Shown here: piece by piece, positions 22,601-37,497 of the stretch
Position numbering within the stretch: the first letter of the stretch is position 1
How the letters are laid out: each line of letters opens with the position of its first letter
Assembly (NCBI GenBank): GCA_001642005.1
Contig: LWCA01000172.1
Span: 1-44,761 of the forward strand
Length of the DNA stretch: 44,761 nt
Direction of reading: 5' to 3'
DNA from: Intoshia linei
Lineage: Eukaryota; Animalia; Orthonectida
Translations under genes and position numbers: made by a program
The notes under the pieces: generated by a model
Seen by the model: the letters and a program-made list of their open reading frames with translations, nothing else
Database searches by the model: none
What the model was told of the DNA's origin: nothing

Positions 22601-25527
22601 CGGCAAATGAATAGAATCTGGATCCAATTCTCCAACATTTACAATTTTCTCCACTTCTACAATTGTTACTTTTGCTGCTTTCGCCATAGGTTCATTGAAA
22701 TTTCTGGCGGACTTTCTAAATTTTTTATATTAGAACATGATACATTAGTAAATTTTAATATATAATCTTTTATTAGTATCAAAATTATATTATATGATAA
22801 GTGTTAGTGCACAGGACGACATTTTTCAATTTTTACTTGCATGTGACGTCAGAATTTTTGAAATGTTAAATTAAAAAAATTTTTTAAACTTATTATTTAT
22901 AATAATAACATGTGTGTATGTAATGCAGTGATTCTTAACCGGGTCGCATGAGTAGAGTTCAGGTGCGCCGCAAAGAAATTTGAGGTTATTTTATAAATTT
23001 TTTAAAATTAGTGTCAAACTTTTACATTGACCATTCCTTAATGAACATTTTGGGATTTACTATTTACATTTTAATATAATGTATTTATATCGGCCATGTC
23101 AAACTCAAATACGTGATGGGCCGAATTATTTTGAAAATTGTATATTAATTTCAAAAATCCAACCATTTTCTAGTATTAATCAAAATTTACCAATGCCAAA
23201 GTTAAGGGAAAATTCTACTTTTACCAACTGTTAAGGAAAAATCCAATTTTACCAACTAAAATGTTTTCTACATTATCTATTTTTTAAATTTGGATTTAAC
23301 TCGATTTTGAAGCTTTTATTTACATAGGACATGTAGGTGACATCCACTGTTAAAAAAAAATAATTTGTCAAGTTTTAATAATAGGTAAAAGTGGAATTTT
23401 CCCTTAAAGGTTGGATTATTTATGGCTCCAAACTAAATCTTCCAATATAAAATTTGATGATAAATAATTTTTTATATAATCTTCAAGTGATTTTATTTTC
23501 ATAACAAAATTTTTTACACATATTTCTTTTTTTACATATTTATTCATGATTAGAATTATAACATTTGTTATACTCTTATTCCATTATTATGGTTTCTTAT
23601 TTCATTTTATTAATTAATTAAGACTGTCAGTTTGATGATGGTTTGAGTAAAGATTTTTTAATTCTATTTGACCTGCCAAACAAATTGAGTTTGACATCCC
23701 TGGTATTGAACCTAAGCATCCAATACACATCTGTTAAAAAAAATTGAACAGGATCATTGGGAAGGGTTAAAATTTAGTTATAAGATAACCGTGAAAATAA
23801 CTTTACTATAAATATGGTAAAATATGCTACTTTATATCCCTTATATCTAACAATTTTGAACAGATCAGATATAATAAAAAGTGTCACCGTTATCGCAATA
23901 CAGAGATCTACACAATAAACTATACAATTTATAGTTTCATTGAAATTTTTCCAAAAATGTTGCACTGTGTTATATAAATAATTTTAAAAAAAAGAGTAAA
24001 TAGTAAATGTGTTTTTTTTCACCGTGAAGGCTTAATTTTGTGATATTAAAATTTTTTGTTAAAAAATATAATTAAATGTAAATTAACTGGAAAAATCTGT
24101 ATTAGATGAGTATTTTTTAAAAATCTAGGACTTTTGTTTTCAGTTTTGTCCAAAAAAAGGTAACGTGAATTTTGACCGTGAAGATGCAAGTTTCTAGTGT
24201 TGAAATTGACGATAACGTTGATTTAAAATAAAATAAAAATTTTTCTCTGAATTGGAGTTTTTAAAACTACATCTCTTACTTTCTTAAATAAGTGGTTACA
24301 AACAAATAACAACAAACAAGCGCTATATAAGTAATAATTACCTAAAAATAACATTTCCAGAAGTATCTGCCATATATCCTTTAATAAACGCAAAATCGCC
24401 AGTTATAGCATGCTCCAGAATACAATTTTTACCATTAATTTTTGCTAACTAAACTTATATGAAGTAATGTTTAATAATGCATTTACTTGTTTTTTTTGAC
24501 TCTTTATGGTAACATTTCCATGCTTATCGTATTTTATGGGCATTCCACCATAATGTACCATGGTCCCAACACCTGTAGGTGTATAAAATGCTGGTATTCC
24601 AGCTCCACCACATCTAATACGTTCCGCCAAAGTACCCTATTACATAAATTTAGTTTAATTTACATAAATTCGGTTCTACTCCGAAAATCTTCACAATCAA
24701 ATTTCACATTGCAGATATAAGACAGAACTAAAGTTCTAAATTGGATCTGATCAGTTGATTAAATCAGGGTTTGCCACGTTCACCGTGTACCACTGGAATA
24801 TTAAACATTGGAATACGGTAAATAATTATTATTTTTTTATTTTATCCACCCAACTCAATTAGTAATTATGTGGCGTTTGGTATTGTAATGAACTGGATAA
24901 GTTTGGTAATCAGGTGTTTGTAATGTTTAATTGTTGAACTATAAAATTTTGGGAACCCCTGATTTAAATTAGTTACTTGTTGATATTCCTAAATTCAAAA
25001 AATGCAGCAAAGACAGACAATATGTGTATAAAAAATAAACCTGTGGAATTAATTCAACCTCCAATTCACCGCTCAAAAATTGCTTTTCAAACTCTGCATT
25101 TTCTCCAACATATGAAGAAATCATACGTTCAATCTAGAATATAAAATACAAAAATATACAAATATAAAATTTAAAATAAACTAAAACCAAAAAAATTAAT
25201 TACCTGACGAGCATTAAGAAGTATACCCAACCCAATTTTGTCAATACCAGCATTATTGCTAATAACACTTAAATCACGTATTTTGGGTTTATTGGATATA
25301 GCTTTAATCAAATTTTCTGGTATTCCACACAAACCAAACCCTTAAATACACTTTTAAAATATTGACATGTATAAAAAACCTCCCACTAAAATTTTTGAAT
25401 TTGATTCAACATCAAAAATGGCATCAGTACAGTTTTTGAAAATTTTGTTATTTGTTTTAGAATAATAACATTGACCTTTAAAATTGCAGTAATATCGTCC
25501 AAAAAGTCGATACATTTTATTGTACAT
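19642..25527 (-). CDS. OXCT1: Succinyl-CoA:3-ketoacid CoA transferase (SCOT), mitochondrial, multi-exon
   Basis: Start ATG at 25527 or 25515. Motifs [69 protein letters not shown], catalytic [28 protein letters not shown]. The last small exon 19668-19642 ends ISEIIKTM*. Confidence 0.95.
20153..21654 (-). mobile_element. Composite Helitron-like element in an OXCT1 intron, with nested MITEs and a second family 5' end (+ strand, 21137)
   Basis: Minus-strand 5' end A|TCCTAACTTATATC..TGTCTGTCTGTGTG at 21654. Minus-strand 3' end TTTGTAC-AAA-GTACAAA hairpin followed by CTAG|T at 20153. Confidence 0.7.
20387..21120. mobile_element. Foldback/MITE-like element with ~100-bp imperfect TIRs
   Basis: TA|CAGAATTGCCAGATGTTT...ACATTATTATTT..CCACTTTTAT versus the inverted ...AAACATCTGGCAACACTG|TA. 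Confidence 0.7.
23091..23702. mobile_element. hAT-type MITE related to 5343-5602, with internal insertion
   Basis: The right part (...CCTGCCAAACAAATTGAGTTTGACATCCCTG) is the reverse complement of the 5343 element's left end. The left end is CGGCCATGTCAAACTCAA...GGGCCG. Confidence 0.6.
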
Positions 25528-25655
25528 GTGGGTTTTGTAAGGATAATTTTAAATCAAATGAATAATTTACTGCATGAATATCCCTGACAACTTTCCAATT
25601 CTAAATATAAGATTGTGTACCAAATTGTTTTAAAATCTTATATATTTACTTTACC
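25528..25655. promoter_or_regulatory. Putative bidirectional promoter/5' UTRs of OXCT1 and BCKDHB
   Basis: Only 128-140 bp separate the divergent start codons. Confidence 0.6.
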
Positions 25656-26992
25656 ATGAAATCCGTTTTATATAAATCATTAATTAACAGATTTCAATGC
25701 CATCTTAAATTTAAACGAAATTTATCATACATTCCTACAGATTTGACGAAATTAAATATCACTGGTTCACTAATCTGTATTTTTATCAATTTTTTATAAA
25801 TAGGAAAAACAGAAAAATTAAATTTGTGTCAGACGATAGTTCATACTTTAGATCACGTGTTGGAAAAAAATGAAAATTCGGGTATTTTCTTTTATCTACC
25901 ATAAAATACATGTACGTAGTGATTTTTGGTGAAGATGTTGAATTTGGTGGTGTATTCAGGTGTACCGTTGGTCTTAAAGAGAAATACGGAAAGCAACGCG
26001 TTTTCAACACTCCTCTCTGTGAACAGGGGATAATAGCTTTTGGGATCGGAACTTCACTCCAAGGATTGAAAACAATTGCTGAAATCCAGTTTATAGATTA
26101 TATATTCCCAGCATTCGATCAAGTACATATTTGTGTAATAAAAAGATTCACCTGCATTTAGATAACAAATGAGCTAGCTAAAATGCGATATAGATCGGGC
26201 GGGGATTACAATTGTGGCTCATTACTGATTAGAACAGTTAAGTTTTAGATTTTTAAAACAATTTAAAAATAATGGAAAATTTAGACGGTTGGAGCAGTGG
26301 GTCATGGTGGTCATTATCACTCTCAAATGGCTGAGGCATACTTTGCTCATACACCAGGATTAAAGGTTTTTATTATCTTTAGGACTTTGTTGTATCATCA
26401 AGTTTAGTTGGTTATACCGAGAGGTCCATATTTCGCCAAAGGTCTTTTATTGTCTTGCATAAAAGACCAAAATCCTTGCATATTTATGGAACCAAAAATA
26501 CTCTATCGAACAGCTATTGAACAAGTCCCGACTAAACCGTATCTCATTGAATTAGGGAAATGTGACATTATGCAAGAAGGATCAGATATTACCATAATAT
26601 CATGGGGCACCCAAGTTCATGTAGCTTGTGAAGCTGCAAAATTAGCCAAAGAAAAATTAAATATTTCTTGTGAAATTATCGATTTATATTCACTTTTACC
26701 TTACGATATCGACACACTAGCTAAATCAATTTGTAAAACAGGTAGAGCCATAATTACTCATGAAGCACCTGTTACAATGGGGTTAGCTGCAGAGATATCA
26801 GCAAAATTACAGGTTTCGTTTATTATTTTTAAAATGTAATAATGTTGCTAGGAAGAATGTTTCTTAAATTTGGAAGCACCTATTACTAGGGTATGCGGAT
26901 ATGATACACCATTTTCTTGTGTCCACGAACCTTTCTACATGCCAACCGTTTGGAAATTATTTGAAGCTATTAAAAATGTATCAAAATATTAA
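25656..26992 (+). CDS. BCKDHB: Branched-chain alpha-keto acid dehydrogenase E1 beta subunit, mitochondrial
   Basis: [106 protein letters not shown]; short GT-AG introns; stop at 26990-26992. Confidence 0.96.
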
Positions 26993-27515
26993 ATTAAATT
27001 TTGTATTTACATTTGTTATCCTTAATTACACTAGTCAACAAAAATTAACTTTCAAAAATTTTTCTATTGCATATTATTATACGTATGTATATTTTTCTCT
27101 TGGCATCATTATGTATATTATTTTTTTATTGGTGTACGTCAGGTACCCGAGATACGGGGGGTCAAAAATAAAGTAATATAATGAATATGGATATATTAGC
27201 TTTGTATTTTTAGTTTTTCTCTAGCTATGACTGTCATATTGTTAAATATATAATTTAAATCTTATCTAAAAAAATATAAAAAATTTAAAACAGTTATCTG
27301 CAGGACACCATGAAATAAATTAAATTTGTTCAAATCAAAATCTTTCTTCACACAAGAATATTATCTTGTATAAAAGAGAATTTAAAAGTATTGATACAAT
27401 TTATTTCACCCAAATGGTTTACGTCTACAATGTACTTCTCATGTGAGTGACTGTGCACCCCAAGGGGTGAATACTAAAATTTTAGATGATTGGGGGTAAA
27501 TAGGGTGAATGATTT

Positions 27516-27815
27516 GAAAAATCCAATTTTACCAAAGTTTTAGATAAAAAATCCCTCTATCAGATTCCAAAAGAAAAAATCAAATTTTACCAACCCTTAA
27601 GGAAATAATCCTCTTTTACCAATATTTTATTTGAAAAATCCAATTTTACCAAACTTTTAGATAAAAATTCCTCTATCAGATCACAAAAGAAAAAACCAAA
27701 TTTTACCAACCCTTAAGGAAATAATCCCCTTTTACCAATATTTTTTTGAAAAATCCAATTTTATCAAAATTTTATATAGATATCTCTCTATCTGATTCCA
27801 AAAAAAACCAAATTT
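27516..27815. repeat. Tandem repeat, ~116-bp unit x ~2.6, built from TTTTACCAA sub-motifs
   Basis: GAAAAATCCAATTTT..CAAA..TTT..ATA...CTCTATC.GAT..CAAAA starts at about 27516, 27633 and 27748. Confidence 0.85.
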
Positions 27816-28934
27816 AGATGTTTCATGTACAAAATTAACTTAACCCTTTCATACATTGAGCAATGCGTTAATTTGTGGGGTTGAAATTTTGTATTTATAT
27901 CAACTGGAATAAGCTCTATCAGAATAATTTTTTTTTTAAATTTTCGGACAGTTAATTATTTCATATTTTTTGTTTTATTAAAATATTTCGGAAAAAAAAT
28001 ATATGAATACTAAAATACTTTTTTGACCGTGAAGCCGTCACTTATTCGAATTGAAATTTTATATGTGTGCAACTTATGTTACAACTCTACCACCTGTAAA
28101 TTTTTTGAAATTCTAGGGGTGTTTTCAAAAAAAAAGGAAGGGAATTTTAGGTTTTGGCCCTGAAAATATAATTTTTTTAAATTTAAATTTATGGTAATGT
28201 TTATGATTTTAAAATCCGTATCAGCGTATATATTTTTTTAAATTCTCCAACTCGTTTGATTTTGAAATTTTAAATTATGTATTTTGTGTAACAATATAGA
28301 AAAATTAACCGTTTTAGAAATTCTGCCCCCAAGGGGCCGATTCGCCCCTCATTAAGAAACACTGGTTTATATTGATCAATTTTTTATTGGGCGAAATTGA
28401 TAACTTAATTGGTTATTTAATTTCTTTGAGGCAATTTAAAAAAGCTAAATCCTTATTTATAACTGAAAAATATTATAAAAAGTAATTATTGTTTATTAAA
28501 CCTTGTTTGGTGAAAGTGGTAATAACTCTAATATTGTGAAATGTAATATAAATTGATTATTGAATTGAAATGATTACCCATCTGTAGATGCCGAATAAAT
28601 GTTTATTTTTCAATGCTGATGAAATGATTTATTTTCAATATCTTACGTGTAATATTTCAAGGATAATTATTGATTAAATCATGAAGCGTAGTGAATTTTT
28701 TAGACAATGATTGGATGTATTATATTTCATAAATCAATATAGTATTTTATATACAATACTTTCAAAGTTATGCTTTAAAACTTTTTATTTGACACAATTT
28801 TTCCATATATATTAAATATTACAAGATATATTTAAACTCTAATATTATTTCTGCCAATTTATCAATTTAAATTGTCAAAATTTTTATTAGACAAACATTA
28901 ATCAACATTTTTAATTAAATTAAAAAAAATTTAA

Positions 28935-32298
<3,364 letters not shown>

Positions 32299-32608
32299 TT
32301 CAAAAATTAAATTAAAAATTTTTGCGATACATTCAATTGATAAAGTAGTGTTAAATTTGTTATTTTTTAAATAAATAATACTTGTACTAATAATTTATAT
32401 TTAAATTTTAATTAAATTTACTGTGAATTAAAATAAAACTAATTTCATATTAAATTCTAGTGTACATATGATTGCCAAGCTACTATATAAAATTATCATT
32501 GCGATTATTTTCATATTGATTTCATAGTAATTGCGGAAACACTAAAAATATTGAATATTGAAATTAATAATTTTTAAAATAATTAAAAAGATTTAAAAGA
32601 ATTTTAAA

Positions 32609-35600
32609 ATGTATAATGCACAATTACCAATAATTCCAACACTTTTAAATTGTGATAAAATTGAAGATGAAATCTGTCCGGATAATTTAGACGTTTTACC
32701 ATTGAAAAATTTTGCTAAACTCGATTTTAAATTTTCTGGTAACTCATTATTGTATGAATGAGATTAAATTTTGAATTATAGATGAAAAGTTAAGATGCGA
32801 TTGGAATAATTTTGTAAAGAATGTTGAGGCATATGAATGCAAATACAAGCAATATTTAAGTTTGAAATATGAAATGCGATACAGTAGTTTTATTTGCATT
32901 TTTATAACCCGGTTGTTTAGTAAAAAATGAAAAAAATATACAAAATTTAAAATCTCAATTGAATGTTGAAAAAATTTCCTTATCGGCGAAGAAATTTCGA
33001 ATTGAACAACAAATTAAACCTAATCAAAATGTAATGTCTAATACACCTCGATATGACAATGTTGGGTAAATTTGTCTAAAATGATTAATTTTTTATTTAT
33101 TTAGACCTACACCTCTTTTAAATGTAATGCGAATTTACTCATTTAAATTTCATTTCCATTTTATTATTTTTATAGCCGCTTGTACCAATGCCACCTCAAA
33201 ATTATTATTCAAATCCACACCCATATTATACGAGTTTTCATCCTCGACCCATGCAATATTTACCAATGAGAATGGTAATTTATTAACCAATTCCTCTTTT
33301 TAGCAAGGGTGTTCATTTTCTTTGACCACTTTTATTTTCTTGGTCAAAAAATTTAAAGCGTCCTGCAGTTAGAGTTATTTAAGTTCATCTGTGAATATAG
33401 CATCAAAGAACAGAGCATACTCATGATCGTGAGTTTTGTTCTAATAATAAGTAAGTTTTTGTTTTCATTATTTTAAAAAGTTAATTTTGTTTTGTTTTTA
33501 TTCTGTTTTTAGTATCCTTCCAGTGCAACCCACTCTCGAAATACCAGTACAAGAAATTATTACCTTTGATATTACCAAATTTTCAAAAATTATTCAAGAT
33601 CTTAAACACGACGAGAATAATGTCAAGAATTATTTCCCCATGGTTGTCATTGTGCGCGGATTGCCAGCTTCCGGAAAATCTTCAATATCTAAAATCATTA
33701 AGGTATACAAACATTTTTTAAGTCGTCAAAAACCTTTTATTTAGACATCATTGAACGAATTGAACGTTAGCGTTAGAATTTTAAGTATAGATGATTATTT
33801 TACCGATGTTGATGACGATACTGATGAACCAGTTATATATTTTATATTTTATTTATTCTATTTTTTAAGGTTTATCAATTTGATTTAAGTATGGAAGCCT
33901 CATTTTTAGAAAATTTATTTAAATCATTCGTTAAACAAATTGGTGAAAAATTTTTTCAGTGTATTGTTGTTGACTCTGTTTTTTCCAAATATCAACAATT
34001 TATCAATTATTTTAAAACTGCCACTTCAAATTCATGGGAAGTTTATATCATTGAAATGAAAAAACCAATGGATCAATGTATGCGTGCTAAACGTAGTGGA
34101 CAATCTAATGATAATATCAACAATGTACTTTTTATCATTCTCTTTTTAGTTTAAATTTTTAGATTTGTAAAAGTTGGGAAATTTTTCCAAATTATATTAA
34201 ACGTATTGAATGGGATTTGATTCAACACAAAAATGAAAATATCCATCAAGTTATACCGGTAATTTAATTTTTGGTCATATACATACATATATGTCATTAC
34301 ATATTCACGTAATTTTTTATTTTATTCGTCTTTTTTTAAACATCAAACAAACCTATAATTATAAAAAACACAATGTGATAAAGATTTTAATTTCAATTTC
34401 AAAAATCTTCATGACTAAAACTCAAGATTACTTTTTTTTAAGAATGAAAAATGAAAAAATTCTATAATAAAATAAAATAGTTAGAATTTTATACAACATA
34501 AATTGTGAGATAGTTTTTAAAATGATAAGCGTTATCATAAATGGTAATCTCAAAAAAGTGCATTTTCACCATCAAAACCAAATTACTCTTTTTTAAACAA
34601 ATGAAAATGGTCCTAGAATTTAAAAAAACTCCTCACTCCTACATCTAGTATATTTAAGATAAGTTTTTTTTGAAAATTTCCTATAGGTACGTCGACTTTA
34701 TCAGTAACATCATTTAATGCATTTCTACAATTATCATTCAAAACTAAAAATAACTTTTATGGCAGTTTCAGATGTTCATATTAATACATATTTTTTATTG
34801 TGCATACCAGATTCCGGTTGTGTTGATTTCTTCATACGAAATAAAAGGTTTTTAAGATTTAATGCATCTTTAGTTTCTTCGTTCTGTCGAGATATTTTTC
34901 TTTTCTTGTTTTCTGATCCACTTAGTTTTTTCATGGTATTTATTTTAAATGATTAATGATTTTAAAATAATTTAGAAAATTCTGGTGAAATATGCATATA
35001 TGCGGATCTATAGTTATGACTCATAACTTATGAGTCATGACACTGCAAAAGTTTTCGAGTGAGAAATTATCAATTATAAATTAATAATTATTCAATCAAC
35101 AATTTAAAAATTTTGCGCCCCTTATTAAAATTTTTATGTGGCACCTAGGGCATTTGCCCATCTCACACCCCCTCGCTACGCTACTGTCTTCCCTAAATAT
35201 TAGCATGCGTTTTCTATCTGATCTTGGCAAGCCAGCTATGTCTAACCCATTTTTATATTTTTTAATTATATTTTAACCGCACATCAGAACATTATTAAGA
35301 TCTTACTTATAAAAACCTGACTTTTTTCTTCCTTGAATAAGGACACACCATTGCATCTTTTTTCGTCACTTATGCGCGTCATTTACTAAAAAAATAATAA
35401 TATTTCATCTATAGATCATTACATTTTAGTTTTTATTGAAATTATGAAGGAGCCTAAGACTTCTGTCGTCAATATTTTGAATATCGTAAACAAAAGTCAG
35501 TGAGAGAATTACTTTTCATGACTAGTTTATGAAATCAGTATGATTATATGTTTGTGAGATCATGATTTAATTGTCTGATGTTTAATTTCAAGTTAAATCT

Positions 35601-37131
35601 AAGAATTATTAACTTTATAATAGATTTTGATCAGAATGTGTAGAGTGCCTAAGACTTATGTCGCGCACTGTATAACCATGTAACATTATTTTATATTCAT
35701 CTGACCAAATAACGTTTTTCCAAAATTCGTTGGATTTCAATAAATGATAAAGATATTTTTTTCTCTTAAATCTATTATTTTTGGAATATAAGGTCGCTTT
35801 ATTGGAGAAACATATATTAAATCCAATTGTTTTAATATCTTCAAACACTTCTTGGAGAAATATCAATACTTAAATCTGTTTTTACCTGATTGCATATTTT
35901 TATTGAATTGATTTTTTTCGACAACAATATTGACTATTTTGGAGGATAATTGTAAAGTTAATTTTGAAGATCTATTGGAATAATATTTACGCGTCAGCTT
36001 ACCTCCTTTCTCATATTTTTTTATCACATTATTCACACATCCAAGATAATAATTCTGATTATTAGATATTTTCCTTGGTGTAGTTCCTGCGACCCACATG
36101 CTAATGACTCTTTCCTGATTTATTTTATAGTATTTTTTAGTCATGACAATAGTATTTTTAAATGCAAATTCATTTAAATTCAAAGTTAAAGTTTATCATA
36201 AAGTTTTGTTTTACAATTTGTTGATTGAAAGATATGTAATTGGAAAATTTTAAATCAATTAATTGAATTTTTGATACGAATCAATCAATTAATTTTATAA
36301 ATAAATGCAATTAATTGGTTCCAATCCCTGATTTGTATTATTAAAATAAGATGAGTTTAAACTACTTTAATAGAATATTACAGGAATTATTGTAAATAAT
36401 TGTTCTTTTGAATTTAAATTGATTTTTGCAAATGTTACGCTACTCCTCCCCTTCAAAAACGACGAAGTCGTCAAATTGTTTGGGCAGACAGTTTTCCCTA
36501 GAGCGGTGGTTTATTGGCGGTAGGAATACTTGAGATTTATGTTTATGGATGTAAGGTTTTGGTTTTTAGAGTAAAATAAGATGAGTTTAAACTACTCTAA
36601 TAAAATACTATAGGAAATATTGTAAGTAATTTTTGTGTCGTTTTTGATTCAATTTTTGAATTTAAATTAATGTTTGCAAATGTTACGCTACTGTATTATT
36701 TATAGTTTATTTAGACTGAACAGACATTGGAAACAAATGAAGATCCCATTGATAGCGAACCAAAAGTAATTTTTATAATATTGCTTAACTGAACAAATAG
36801 ACTAAGAAATCAAAATGGGATAAATCAGTCGATATTAACTGTTTAGACGGAATTAAAATAAAAAGTAAAAGAAAAAACCCTTTAGAAGAATATCTTTACA
36901 GTGACCTGGATTACTTTGAAAAACCCGAAAAATCAGATGGAAAAAAACGCGTACGCGTGCTTAAAAAACTATTAAACTGAATTATAGGTTAAATGGGCAG
37001 ACATTGAAGAACGTCGAAAGCAACAAAGACAGCAAGAGATTGGGTTCGTAGTTGGAGTAAATATGGCCAATACAAATGACGATTCTCTGGCTAAAAAAGC
37101 GTTAAATAAAACCAAATACATTTATGATTAA
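32609..37131 (+). CDS. YLPM1: YLP motif-containing protein 1 (ZAP3)-like, compact, multi-exon
   Basis: P-loop VVIVRGLPASGKS, RILSIDDYF, ME..FLENLFKSFVKQIGEKFFQCIVVD, and C-terminus KSKW...LDG...DGKKR|VKWADIEE...IGFVVG...LAKKALNKTKYI with PP1-docking RVxW. The 5' exons and start are less certain. Confidence 0.88.
35187..35672 (-). mobile_element. Tc1-like (IR/DR) element left end with decayed transposase N-terminus
   Basis: TA|CAGTGCGCGACATAAGTCTTAGGC terminus at 35670 (minus), inner DR at 35452-35468. Downstream MTRISDEKRCNGVSLFKE...(stop, frameshift)...IIKKYKNGLDIAGLPRSDRKR matches the Tc1 HTH plus GRPR-like motif. Confidence 0.8.
35673..36183 (-). mobile_element. Second decayed Tc1-like transposase remnant, abutting the IR/DR element
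   Basis: ORFs 36183-35863 and 35866-35615 encode an HTH region and FWKNVIWSDE (first catalytic Asp motif). Homology stops at the TA flanking the other element. Confidence 0.75.
36343..36692. repeat. Imperfect ~100-120-bp direct duplication
   Basis: AAAATAAGATGAGTTTAAACTACT...TTTTGAATTTAAATT...GCAAATGTTACGCTACT at about 36343-36444 and 36573-36692. Confidence 0.8.
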
Positions 37132-37497
37132 TTGTACAAAAAATAATTGTGTTTATATAATAAAATAACCATTATTAATTATTGGTGAATCTACATTGTA
37201 TTATACTAACAAATGTATATCCCTCTGTTTCTATATTCATGTTTTAATCATTAACATAAATATAACATTAACTTATGTCGATTGTTTCATTACTGTTTAC
37301 AGCGTAGTACAGCTGCAAAAGTATGTTTCTAGCGTAACAAAATCTGCTAATATTAGTTCTCAACCGTTATTCAGTGTAATATCACGATTAGTGCTACCGA
37401 TTTAATTTTGATGAAAATTAATTAATTTAATGAATAATATCTAGTCCAAATGTATAGTTCTGCAAACTTTAGTAATATTTAAAAGCAGGATAGAATA

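Noticed and set aside
22844-22851. Perfect CRE site TGACGTCA
   Set aside because: A single 8-mer in a repeat-rich intron with no supporting context.
27516-27815. Regularly spaced repeats reminiscent of a CRISPR array
   Set aside because: Units repeat in full with no unique spacers, the context is eukaryotic, and there are no cas genes.
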